64,000 bases of DNA, from contig JBHGNT010000017.1 in assembly GCA_043228905.1 (NCBI GenBank), positions 16,244,001 through 16,308,000 of the forward strand, given 5' to 3'. Position numbers and translations under genes: made by a program. Within the stretch, counting starts at the first letter, position 1; every line of letters starts with the position of its first letter. Of the stretch, positions 1 to 11,020 are shown piece by piece. The DNA is from Azolla caroliniana (lineage: Eukaryota > Plantae > Polypodiophyta). The notes beneath the pieces were generated by a model. The model was not told the DNA's origin, ran no database searches, and saw nothing but the letters and a program-made list of their open reading frames with translations.

Positions 1-6
1 TCAGCT

Positions 7-2942
7 ATGTTTGCAAATGGAATGAGTGTAGTCTCAGATGTGGAAATGTGGCATAAAAGGATTGGCCACATAAGTATGCAAACCCTAAAGAATATGTTGA
101 GAAAAGATGCAGTAGCTGGACTGCCAAAATTGAAAAATTGTGAAATGGGAAAGATATGTGAAGCATGTCAATATGGAAAGCAAAATAGGTTGCCATTCCC
201 TCATGAAAGACATGTAAGTAAAAATTTGTTGGATTTGGTACATACGGATGTATGGGGACCAACTAAGAATGCATCTATCGGTGGTTGCAGATTCTATGTA
301 ACTTTTATTAATGATTGCTCAAGGAAAACATGGGTGTACTTCATGAAAGAGAAAAGTGAAGTGTTTGAATGTTTTCGTAAGTTTAAATGCATGGTAGAAA
401 AGCAGGCGGGTACAAGAATAAAATGTTTAAGATCTGATGGAGGAGGAGAGTATTTCTCCAATGAATTTTCTGATTTTCTATGCAATCAAACAAAATGGAG
501 TTGCTCAGAGGAAAAACAGAACATTGGTGAACATTGCAAGGGCTTTGATGACAGAGAAGAATATGCCATTGCACTATTGGGCAGAAGCTATAAATATAGC
601 AAATTATATTCTAAATAGATGTATAACATCGGGAGTACATGAAGCAACTCCTGAAGAGTGTTTCTATGGAAGGAAACCTAGTTTAGAACACTTAAAAGTG
701 TTTGGATGCCTTGCATATGTACAAGTGCCTGCAGAAGTAAGAAGTAAGCTGGATCCAGAAGTAGAAAAATGTATTTTTGTTGGCTATTCAGAAGAACAAA
801 AAGGGTATAGATGCTATAACCCTGTAACAAAGAAGATTGTGACAAGTAGGGATGCAATCTTTGATGAGTTAGCTAGCTGGTACAGTCCAAAACAGAATCC
901 AGAGACTGATGAAGACAATGAGATTGAAGACAAAGACAAATTTGAAAATGTAGAAGACTGCCATAGAGATGGAAGCAAGGTTTGACAGCAAAGTCCAACA
1001 TCAATAGGATGTTTTGGACCATCAAAAAGCTCAGATGGTAAATCTGATTCGAATTCTTGGAGTGGAAAAAGTGGAGAACACAAAAAATGTGATGATAAAA
1101 AAGGAAAACAGAAAATGCCAGAGTATGAAATGTTGGATGACTTGTCTAAAAACATGGAAGATGAGGATTCAAATATGTCATTGGATGATCCTCTTGGTAT
1201 AAGAGGATTGAAAATCCCTGGTATGGAAAAAGCATTGAAGGATGCAAATCAGAAATTGAGAAGATCAGATAGAGAGAAAAAAACTGTTGAAAGATTTGGT
1301 TATGATACATATATGGCTATGCATTATGCATATATGTCGAAGGTGGTACAGATCCCTGATCCAAGTAGTTTTGATGAGGCTAAAACTGAGAAGAAATGGG
1401 TGGATGCAATGCAAGAAGAGATTGATGCATTGGTTGAAAACAGAACATGGGATTTGGTGAAGTTACCAAAAGAAAAAAAATGTGGTAGGTTGCAAATGGG
1501 TCTACAAGACAAAGCATGATTCCAGTGGGAATGTAAGTAGACATAAAGCAAGATTGGTTGCAAAGGGATATGCCCAAATGCAAGGAATTGATTATGATGA
1601 GACATTTGCACCGGTTGCAAAGATGGCAACATTGAGGACATTACTGGCTGTAGGTGCAGCTAGAAGATGGTTTCTTCATCATATGGATGTAAAAAATGTC
1701 TTATTACATGGTAACTTGGAAGAAGAAGGGTATATGTGTCAACCACCAGCTTTTGAAGATAGGAAGCATCCAGATTATGTATGTAAGTTGAAAAAGGCTC
1801 TCTATGGACTGAAACAGGCACCAAAAGCATGGCACAAAGAACTTTCAGATTATCTGAAAAAACTTGACTTCAAAATGTCAAAGGCTGATTCATCATTGTA
1901 TGTTAAAAGGAAAGATGATTGTATTATTGTGATTCTGATTTATGTTGATGATCTCATCATTGGAGGTGATTCCATGGATGAAATAAGTAAGCTGAAAAGA
2001 AATTTGGAAATGCAGTTTCATATGAAAGATTTGGGAGATCTAAGATATTTTTTGGGTATTGAAATCATCAGATCTGAAAGTGGTATATATGTGTTGCAAA
2101 GACAATATGCAACAACTATGTTGAAAAAGTATGGTATGCTTGGATGCAAACCTATTGGAGTACCACTAGATAAAAACTGCAAATTGAGGGCTGATTTGGG
2201 AGCCAAAATAGAAGATGTAAACATGTATAGGTCTATGGTGGGCAACCTTATTTATTTGACCATAACAAGACCTGATTTGAGTTATGCAGTTGAATTACTA
2301 AGCCAATTTATGCAACAGCCAACAAAGCCGCATTTGGACTACATTAGAAGAATTCTGAGGTATGTAAAAGCTACTCAGAACTATGGATTGTTTTACAGGG
2401 CTGATTTGGACATAAATATGGAAGGATATACAGATGTTGATTGCGTTGGAAGCCAAATAGATAGAAGATCCACAAGTGGATATATGTTTACATTGGGAAG
2501 TGCAGGTATTTCATGGAGTAGCAAGAAACAAGGTACTGTTGCATTGTCTAGTATTGAAGCTGAGTACAGAGGAGCTGCCATAGCCACTTGTGAAGAGGTA
2601 TGGATCAGAAGATTGCTTGCTGATTTGGGAGAGTATATAGATGGTACTGTCACAATCTGGTGTGACAATATGAGCAACATTCAACTTGCAAAAAACTCAG
2701 TGTTCCATGCAAGAACAAAGCACATTGAAGAGCATTATCACTTTGTTAGAGAAAAAGTGATTGAAGGAGAAGTTGATCTGGTGTATGTGAATACAAATCA
2801 GCAGGTTGCTGATATTCTCACAAAGGGATTGAGTGTGGAAAAGCATACACAGTTTCAGAACATGATGGGAGTTGTAGACACTGATATGATGGCTGAAAAG
2901 CATCATGGAAAAGAAGTTGTAGATAACCCCAAGAAAGGATAA
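7..2942 (+). pseudogene. Copia pol (IN-RT-RNase H), frameshifted
   Basis: Split across ORFs 7-618, 437-985, 1115-1519, 1482-2942; motifs HTDVWGP, LRSDGGGEY, KARLVAKG, YVDD. Confidence 0.92.
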
Positions 2943-2960
2943 GTTGAGCTTGAGGGGGAG

Positions 2961-3408
2961 TGTTGAAAAGCAAGCTCGACATGGTATGTGATGCTTATTG
3001 GGAAATAAGCTATAGTAGCTATTTAGCTACTTGTGAACATAAAGGAGAAACAACTAATTAGCTACTGACAGCTATTTAGCGACTAACAGCTAATTAGCTG
3101 CATATGTAAGTAACTTATTACTTAGGTAAAAAGTAAGAGAGTAGGTAAGTAAGAAATATACAGGAAGTAGAACTCTAAGAGAGAGAGTGAGGATAGAGAG
3201 GAAGAACTCAGAGAGTGAGAGCAGAAGAGAAAAACAGACGAGAGCAAGTAGAGCTTTGCGTGTAAGGAAATAGAAGAAGTTTTGGCTACTATAGAGGTAA
3301 GTCTCCTTCCCCCTTCCCTTTTGTGTTTGAGCACCAAATGATCTAGCACACCACGATCCACCGCGCACATAAGAAGAGCCCGAGTGCCTTCTTCATGTTT
3401 TCTTAACA
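2961..3408 (+). repeat. 3' LTR of Copia A
   Basis: Starts TGTTG right after the PPT and ends TTAACA where GC-rich Copia coding sequence resumes; no partner LTR in window. Confidence 0.8.
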
Positions 3409-5364
3409 CTCCGGACCTCACGTCCAATCCGAGTTCTCACGATGAGGTCAATGAGGCCGATATGCCTCCGGATGAGCCTGAAATCGGGACCCGTGAAGAG
3501 AGTCCGACTTCAGTTCGCTTAAGCAGACCGCATGGACGACTGAGTCGGTTTGACCGGTCCGATGAAGAGCCGGCAAGTAGTGGAGACTCGGCTGTGCATT
3601 CCCTGCGCAGGAAGCCGAGGAGACGGCTTACACGCAAAGAGAAAGGGAAGAAGAAGGTGTCTGATTCCGGCACAGATAGGAACGAGTCAGACCGACGCGA
3701 GTCCGACTCCGAGGGAAGCGGTGACGTGTCTTCAAGAGCGAAGTCCACGTCGGCCGAGAAGACCTCGACATCGACTAATGACCGATTACGCCGATCTACC
3801 CACCAGAAGAACCCCAGTTGTGCGGTTCGGATACAACGAGTACATGGCGCATCATTATGCGTACATGACCCGTGTAAGGGAAGTGCATGAGCCAGAGAGC
3901 TATGTAGAAGTGGCTAAGGACGCGAATTGGCGCTCCGCGATCGAGGAAGAGATGCACGCATTGGCAGAAAACGAGACCTAGGACCTGGTTGACGCACCAA
4001 AGGGTGTGAAGCCGATCGGATGTAGGTGGGTGTACAAAGTCAAGTACAACACCGACGGCTCGGTCAACCGATACAAGGACCGGTTAGTAGCAAAAGGCTA
4101 CGCGCAAAAACACGGCATTGACTACGATGAGACGTTTGCGCCGGTCGCGAAGATGACGACCGTCCGTGTTTTGCTCGTGGTAGCCGTGGCAAAGGGGTGG
4201 CACTTACATCAGATGGATGTAAAGAATGTGTTCCTGCAAGGTGAGCTTGAGGAACAGGTGCACATAGTACAGCCCCCTGGATTTCACTCCGAAACGAACA
4301 CATCGACAGTGTGCCGATTGAAGAAGTCCCTTTACGGACTGAAGCAAGCCCCGCGTGCCTGGAATGTGAAGATCATGCAGCAACTGCATTGGATGGGCTT
4401 TGCAACGTCAAAATCAGACTCTTCCCTGTTCATCCAAAAAGGTCGATTCGGTCTGGTCAGTATTTTACTATATGTTGATGACTAAGTTATCATTGGCACT
4501 GACCTAGGTGAAATTGACCACATGAAGCTCCAGCTCGCGGCATCATTCGACGTGAAGGATCTGGGGGACCCTCATTACTTCCTCAGGATCGAAGTGATCC
4601 GTACCCCCGAAGGCATATTGATCAGCCAACGCCATTATGTGATGAGTATGCTCTTCAAATTCGGGATGGCTGATTGTAAGTCCATCTCGACTCCTCTGGA
4701 TAGAACCGTCAAGGTTCGCCCCAAATCTCGGGTGCGCTTAGGTTGCGCCACCTCGACGTGCCGAACTTGAGGGGGAGAGAAGACCACGATGGAAGGGAGA
4801 GCAGTTGAAAGAAAGAGCCAAAGCCAACCAAGCATGGGGGAGATGACGCCGTCAAGGGCGAGAAGACCGAAGACGAGTTGGAGACAGCCAACTCGGACGA
4901 GAGCGAAAACTGATCGGAGGTAGCCGAGTCGGTTCAGATGTTTGATTCGGATACACTGAATCAACCGAGGGCCAAGCGGAAAAGAAGGCAGCAGGAGAAG
5001 CGCCAACACCGCGACAACAAGGGAGCTGTGAAGGGCCGTGGGAGAAGACAAGCCGACAGGAAGGGTCGAAGCGCGCGGAGTCGAACAAGTTGAGGAGCGT
5101 GAGCGAGGCGTGGAGCCAAGAGGAACCGGAGGGGTGATCCCGAAGATCCCGAAGAGCCTCAAGTTGAGCTTGAGGGGGAGTGTTGAGAGACAAGCTCAAC
5201 ATCGGCCGGATTGGCTGAGCAAGCTGAGGACCGAATCGGTTGGGACCGATCGGTTAGGCCGGATCGGCACCGGTACGCAGACCGGTGCGTAGGAAGGTCG
5301 GATCGGTGCAGAAACCGGGAGGCCATCGGAAAGATATTCCAGAAGGAATATATTTGGGAGTTAG
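3409..5364 (+). mobile_element. Copia remnant: IN-RT linker, RT, RNase H deleted, 3' UTR, PPT and start of 3' LTR
   Basis: ORFs 3550-3981, 4006-4485 (ends YVDD*), 4522-4770; PPT 5171-5180 then TGTTGAGA at 5181; LTR end not found, so right boundary is approximate. Confidence 0.85.
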
Positions 5365-5590
5365 TGTAGGGGCTCCGTAATGAGCATTGAAGTACTATCA
5401 GTACTTCTATCAGTCCGCAAAGGACTTGTATAAAAGTGTTCATTGAACACGCACGATGTATAGATCCAGTATTATTTTTTAATTAAGTTCTTGGGTTTAC
5501 TCTCTCTGTCTCTCCCATGTGCGACTGAGACTAACTATGAGACAATGATTACCTAGTACTCTAGGTTACTACTAGGCTTCCGGTTCCCGT

Positions 5591-6164
5591 TGTCGTGAAG
5601 AATTTCGTCTAGAGGCAGAAACCAGGAAACATTGGCTACATCGGCGGGGTGCAGCATGTGTGCTCACCCTTGTACATTTAGTGTGAATAACGAGGGTGCC
5701 TTTATGGCGCCGAAGAGTAGTCAAGTCAGGACAGACGATCCCATGTAAGTTGGGATTTATCCCACATTGTAACGCATCCCTCTCCTTGTTCTATAAAAGG
5801 AAGGGAGCGCCATTTGTGAAAGGGTTGCCCATTTTGCGTTAGAGGGTATACTGTTAGATTTAGGGTTAGTTACATTCCTTCTACTACTACTACTACTTCT
5901 TCTTCTTCTTCTCCCCCCTTCGTATTCGCTTAGGGTTTGCTTCAGCTCGTCTCCTGTGCAAGACCCCGCTCGGCGCTCCTCGACCGGCGGCTTGGCAGTC
6001 GACAACTACTGTAACCTACCTTGGTCCGGCTCGAAGCCGAGAATGTATTCATCCTTTTATATATATACATCTGCGTCTGTCTGTGTATATTCGTGTCTCT
6101 GTTGGTGTCGGGTGCTTCCCCTTTCCTGCGTTTCCTGTACATAAGGGCGTGAGGCGGGTCGGCC

Positions 6165-6195
<31 letters not shown>

Positions 6196-6363
6196 CGTGT
6201 CAAGCGCGCGGTCCCTCTCTTTCTCTCTCTCCCTTCGGTTGCTTCCGGGGTGCTCCTGGGATGCCCCGGAAACGGTGAAGTACGACTTCCTACGCTCTGT
6301 CACTCCCTAGTCCAAGACCCCGTGGTCCCGCCTTTCCCCACGCATGCGCGTAACAATGCGACA
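5591..6363 (+). mobile_element. Solo LTR of the tRNA-Trp Gypsy lineage
   Basis: Starts TGTCGTGAAGAA like LTR 8127, ends GCGACA after shared motif GACCCCGTGGTCCCGCC; flanks CCGT/CCGC (4-bp TSD, 1 mismatch); TATA-like TATAAAA near 5793; GT microsatellite. Confidence 0.8.
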
Positions 6364-6490
6364 CCGCTCGAATCCGGCTCTCCGATCCATCTCCCCGATC
6401 CGGCCGGTTGTTTCCGGATACCAATCCGGCTCAGGCTTATTCAGCTAATCCTGATCAGGTTGAGGTTGCTCACTCAACAGAACTCCTCTC

Positions 6491-7070
6491 CGGTTCGAGG
6501 AGAGGTCCTCCTCGAACCCCTTCCCCCGGTTCGAAGAGCCTTACTCTTCGAACCCCGTGCCGGTTCGAAGAGAGGTTCTCTTCGATCCCTCCCCGGTTCG
6601 AGGAGAGGTCCTCCTCGAACCCCTTCCCCTAGTTTGAAGAGCCTTACTCTTCGAAACTCATGCCGTTTCGAGGAGAGGTTCTCCTCGAACCCCTTCCCCT
6701 AGTTTGAAGAGCCTTACTCTTCAAAACTCGTGCCGTTTCGAGGAGAGGTTCTCCTCGAACCCCTTCCCCTGGTTCGAGGAGAATTATGCCTCGAACCCCT
6801 CACCACCGGTTTGAGGAGAGGTTCTCTTCGAACCCCTTACTCCTCGAACACCATCCCCTCGGTTCGAGGACACTTACCCCTCGAATCCCTTCCCCCGGTT
6901 CGAGGAGACTTACTCCTCGAACCCCTTACCACCGGTTCGAAGAGAGGTTCTCTTCAAACCCCTGCCCGGTTCGAGGAGAGGTCCTTTTCGAATGCCTCCT
7001 CAGTTCGAGGAGACTTACTCATCGAACCCCTTCTCCCCGGTTCGAAGAGACTTACTCCTCGAACCCCTCC
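6491..7070. repeat. Tandem array of ~16 palindromic units of 33-37 bp
   Basis: Consensus CGGTTCGARGAG-N5-CTCYTCGAACCCC plus short C-rich linkers. Confidence 0.92.
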
Positions 7071-7311
7071 CGTTGGTTCACAGAGAGAGTTCAAGCACTT
7101 ATTCGTCAATCCCTTTCCCAAATAAATCTGAATACCGCTACCCCTCAAAACACCTAATCCTACTTTCAATTCTACTAACTATAACTAGTCGCAATAAATC
7201 ATTCATATCAATAGGTCAATAAAATATCATTGGTAGACAAGGGTAAAGGCACGTAAGAATTAGTACACACCATACAACTATACTAATCCTTTTCCCAGCA
7301 GGTTAAAATCA

Positions 7312-8126
7312 ATGGCGTCCACTCCATTCACCAAGCTCCTCCATGCGTACTACCCTGACACCGGCTGTGGTTGCTTGGTAATTCTGGCTGAGTTCGACAA
7401 CAGCCGATGTACTTACCAGGTACCCACTGCCACCACGCAACTCAAGTACCCCGAGCCCGACGTGTTCGACACCCTTTCCCGACTCAGCCTCAAGTTCTTC
7501 CTCGGGATTGGCCCATGGTGTGTATTTCCCAAGCAGGTCAACCAGCTCCTCGTAGGATACAACCTTGATACCGACCATGTTCGTATGCACGCCTTCGCTT
7601 ATAGCACCTTTGTCGATTTCCAGTTCACCGTCGCCGACGTTTGCATTACGCTACATTTGCCGTAGGATGACATTCCCTTCCGCACCACGAAGACCCCTGG
7701 CATCATCCCCAACATCATCCCCGCCGCATACACCGAATATTCCGGACGCGAAGGTTGCGTTACACCGAAATCTCCCCTAAGTTCAACCGTTGTAGCGCTA
7801 TCGCCTAGATCGGTGACACCGCCTCTACTGACGGCATCGCCCACATCACCAGCGAGTTCCTCAAGTTGGCACACGATCTTCAACTGGTCCAGTGGGCTCA
7901 CGAACTCGTTCGATGGGTCAGGGAATGGCAAACACGACCCAAATCGATAGCCAATTTCGCGTGGTTCCTTAATCGTTACCTGTGCGCAAAATGCAACATC
8001 GTCCCTCCAGCCCCTCCCTTCATTTGCTGCCAGGAACGACATCACAAGATAACTGTTCCAGGTGAACCTGAGCAGCCCCGCATTCTAGAACGTGACTTTC
8101 TAAGACAAGTCAACCAAGGCGAACGT
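7312..8126 (+). pseudogene. Orphan retrotransposon accessory ORF, part 1 (possibly Athila-ORF1/env-like)
   Basis: ORFs 7312-7665 and 7866 onward; frame continues at 15298 once the Gypsy insertion and one ACGT copy are removed. Confidence 0.5.
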
Positions 8127-8849
8127 TGTCGTGAAGAAAACCGTCCATAGGCGGAATCGGCGCACCTAGGCGTGGGAACCGGTTCTTCACGCGCGCAAGC
8201 TCCAAGTTGTATGAAGAAGCGAGTTAGGAGGATAATCGGCAGGAACGGGCCCTAACATAGGTGGAGACAAAGACCGCGCGAACAGTCTTTTCGGTCGCGC
8301 GCGCGAGCTAAAGGACGGCCTGCTCGTCGGGCTATATAAGAGCAGGAAAGAGCTGTTGAAAACATATATCGCGCGGAGAGGACGAAGTGCTGTCGGACCG
8401 TTTCTGGACGCTTCTCTCTCTCTGTTTCCTTCCTTCTTGAGCTCCATAGCTTTCTGTGCAGGGTTCCGAGGAGGCTCGCGCTGTTTCGAGGAACGCCCGA
8501 GTGCTTCCGGCAGCACCTCCAACCTGCTACCCCCCCCCCCTTTGCCCTGTTTTGTGCCTCGAAGCGAGCAGGCATCGGCATCTGTTCGCCGGCCTGTTCG
8601 GTTGTAACCAACCTGTGCCCCATCGAGGGTTGTAGTAGTGTTAGCCATTTTCTTAATATACATATTAAGTCATTCGCATCTGTCTGTGTCGGTGTCTGTT
8701 CGCGTTCTCCGTGCTGAAGGGCCGTGTCCCTGTGTATCCCCGGTCCTGCGTAGCAGGTTCTCTCTCTTTCTCCTCCCTCGCTTGCTCTTTGGTTCGAGAC
8801 CCCCGCGGTCCCGCCTCGATTCCACACGCACTTGCGTAATATCTCGACA
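8127..8849 (+). repeat. 5' LTR of Gypsy element
   Basis: Direct repeat of 14571-15293. Confidence 0.97.
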
Positions 8850-8853
8850 TCTT

Positions 8854-8870
8854 TGGTGAACCCGACGTGA
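8854..8870 (+). promoter_or_regulatory. Primer-binding site, tRNA-Trp
   Basis: TGGTGAACCCGACGTGA, complementary to the 3' end of plant cytosolic tRNA-Trp (...UCACGUCGGGUUCACCA), 4 nt after the LTR. Confidence 0.8.
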
Positions 8871-8893
8871 AAGAGGCGGCAGAAGAGCAGAAG

Positions 8894-10288
8894 ATGAGGG
8901 GGTCGGATCTTGCAGAGGCCATGGCTTCGGCCGTGGATCGGATTGTAAACGCGCGCGAGGGCACCGGTGCCCTCGACAGAGCTATTGAGGCGGTCGTCGG
9001 CACGATCGGCCGGTTCGATGGGAAGGATGCCACGAAGTATTTGGCGTCCTACGGTGCAGAGATGCTGATGCGGGACATTCCGGAAGAAAGGCGTCTTGCC
9101 GGATTTCCCCGAGTGGCAATGCCGAGCATCCATGCGGAGGTGCTCGAGGTGCGGGCGGAGAGCCGTACCTGGGAGGAGTTCGAAGGCCGGCTCCTAGAGA
9201 AATACGGGCTGTACGACGCGCTCCGGCTTTCGAAGCGAAGGTTCATGGAATGGGTGGAGTCCCCGGGGAAGGGAAGAAACGCGACGGCACTCCTCCGGGA
9301 GTTCGAGGAAAACTTTGCGCGCCTTTCGGCGCTCGACCGAACCATCCTGGACACGAGCCGGGTCTTGCTGTTTGTCAAGTCGGTCGACGAGCGGGATCGG
9401 GAGCACGTGGGCCTCTTGCTGGAAACCGAAGACGGGCTCACTACCGACTGGGCGGCTGTCAAGAAAGTCTGTGGCCGTTTCGACAAACGGCGAGAATGGG
9501 CGGATAACGGGGCAGCCGGGTCGGGCTCGGTCGCAGCAAGGAAGCTCGAACCAGCGCCACAGGTGCGAAAGGAAGAGACCCGAGAGTGGTTGGAAACCGG
9601 TTCGGCTTCGACCGGCGTAGTCAGAGGCTCGACCGGAGGAGCGGCGCTGGAGGAATTGACGAGGGCGATAAAGGACCTCCAAATCGCGCAAGCCCGAAGG
9701 GAAGGTGGCGAACCGGCTCGTGACCGACGGCCGGCGGCAGGAAACAAGTGCATGTGGTGCGATGAAGTCGGCCACATTCGGAAGGACTGCGGCGACTTCG
9801 CGGAGGCGCTGAGGAACAGGGTGGTGTACCTGTGGGAAGGACGGGTGCATGCCAGCGACACCCGAAGGGCCCTGAGCCGAAACGACGGGCGAGGTGGTAT
9901 GAAAAGGTTGATGGAAGAGGCGGCGGCCCGACACGCGGAAACCGTCCACTACTCGGCGTCGGCCGGCATTCGAGTCGGGGGCGGCGAGGCCCGAAGGGAA
10001 AGCAAAACCGGATTCTGGCCGACGATGCTGGAAGGCCTTGCCGATGCGAGGCTTAAAAGGGAGGAATCGGACCGTGCGGAGAAACGGGTACGGGAGATGA
10101 CCGGGTGGAGCGACCCTGTCGAGGAAAAGACGGGCTTCGTGGAAGCCGCTTGCCAGAACCACGAGGCCCTGGTAGAAGAGAAGCGGGTGGGGAAACCCGG
10201 GACGACCGGGCCCTCGCAACGATACGAGACCCGGTCCGGGCCACGACGGGACGAAGCCGGCGGGGCCGGTACGCAAGATAAACCCTAG
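8894..10288 (+). CDS. gag: Gypsy Gag with CCHC zinc knuckle
   Basis: First ATG after the PBS; FDGKDATKYL N-terminal motif; CMWCDEVGHIRKDC knuckle; ends at an in-frame TAG. Confidence 0.88.
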   Translation: MRGSDLAEAMASAVDRIVNAREGTGALDRAIEAVVGTIGRFDGKDATKYLASYGAEMLMRDIPEERRLAGFPRVAMPSIHAEVLEVRAESRTWEEFEGRLLEKYGLYDALRLSKRRFMEWVESPGKGRNATALLREFEENFARLSALDRTILDTSRVLLFVKSVDERDREHVGLLLETEDGLTTDWAAVKKVCGRFDKRREWADNGAAGSGSVAARKLEPAPQVRKEETREWLETGSASTGVVRGSTGGAALEELTRAIKDLQIAQARREGGEPARDRRPAAGNKCMWCDEVGHIRKDCGDFAEALRNRVVYLWEGRVHASDTRRALSRNDGRGGMKRLMEEAAARHAETVHYSASAGIRVGGGEARRESKTGFWPTMLEGLADARLKREESDRAEKRVREMTGWSDPVEEKTGFVEAACQNHEALVEEKRVGKPGTTGPSQRYETRSGPRRDEAGGAGTQDKP

Positions 10289-11020
10289 AAGGGCGGGTAC
10301 CGTCTGGGGACGGAGATAGAAAGGACCACGGACTTACGAAAGGTCCTGGAGGAGCGGATCCTCGACAGTAAGGTGGAGTTGTCGTTACGAGAGGTGCTGG
10401 GAATCGCCAAGAAGGAGTTCCACGACTCCATCGTGGACTTGGTGAAACGGAAGAGGCTGTCAACGGAGACAGAACCGGAAAGACCGGTGGAAGTGCGGAC
10501 GACGCACCTAGACGACATGGCGCTGGGAGACGAGTGGGCGGAAAGCCACTATTCGAGACCACACTGGGCCCGAGCGACCACGGAAACCCCGGTGAAGATC
10601 GGCGATGTCCAGGAACCGGCGATAGCTTTGGTGGACCATGGATCGGAGATCAATTTGATGTCCATGGACTTCTATAAGAAGGGCAAATGGCCGATCAACA
10701 CCAAGCACGGGTGGAAAATAAGGGCAGCAACGCGCGCCACCGAGGAACTGCACGGGGCCTGTCCGAATGTGCGAGTCAAGATCGGCGACGTCGAGATTGA
10801 CCAGCACTTCTTCGTGCAGGAGACGTCTTCGCATCCGGTCATACTGGGAGAGCCGTACATCACGGCGGCGCGAAAGGAGACCAAGGTGCTGGACAATGGT
10901 TCGGCCTACGCGAGGGTCAAAAGCCAAGACGGGCGCCATTCGGTCCAGTTTCTGACGGTACGGCCGAACCACGAACGTAACCGCGACTCCCTCGGTTCCG
11001 AAAACCGAGAGGATTTTTAG
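10289..11020 (+). CDS. Gag C-terminal region plus aspartic protease, same frame as gag behind the TAG
   Basis: Open from 10289; LVDHGSEINLM active-site motif and VILGEPY. Confidence 0.85.
   Translation, partial: KGGYRLGTEIERTTDLRKVLEERILDSKVELSLREVLGIAKKEFHDSIVDLVKRKRLSTETEPERPVEVRTTHLDDMALGDEWAESHYSRPHWARATTETPVKIGDVQEPAIALVDHGSEINLMSMDFYKKGKWPINTKHGWKIRAATRATEELHGACPNVRVKIGDVEIDQHFFVQETSSHPVILGEPYITAARKETKVLDNGSAYARVKSQDGRHSVQFLTVRPNHERNRDSLGSENREDF

Larger units (their letters stand above)
1..3408 (+). mobile_element. Ty1/Copia LTR retrotransposon A, 3' part (5' end outside window)
   Basis: GAG-pre-integrase (WHKRIGH..C..C), integrase, RT (YVDD) and RNase H (ADILTK) in Copia order; PPT TGAGGGGGAG at 2951-2960 followed by TGTTG. 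Confidence 0.93.

Noticed and set aside
5365-5590. TGTAGGGG as the 5' LTR of the orphan element
   Set aside because: No similarity to LTR 23946-24422 and no PBS or TSD found; origin unresolved
6491-7070. CRISPR-like palindromic repeat array
   Set aside because: Linkers are only ~3-8 bp and not unique spacers, repeats are degenerate, there are no cas genes and the context is eukaryotic
8854-8870. tRNA gene fragments (also 24949, 25520, 27140)
   Set aside because: Only short 3'-end complements next to LTRs, i.e. primer-binding sites
8187-9133. ORFs within the Gypsy LTRs, repeated at 14631-15310
   Set aside because: Duplicated only because the LTR is duplicated; low-complexity translation
9049-10276. 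Long antisense ORFs (270 and 360 aa) opposite gag, and similar ones opposite Copia pol
   Set aside because: Expected shadow ORFs of GC-rich coding DNA; no recognisable motifs
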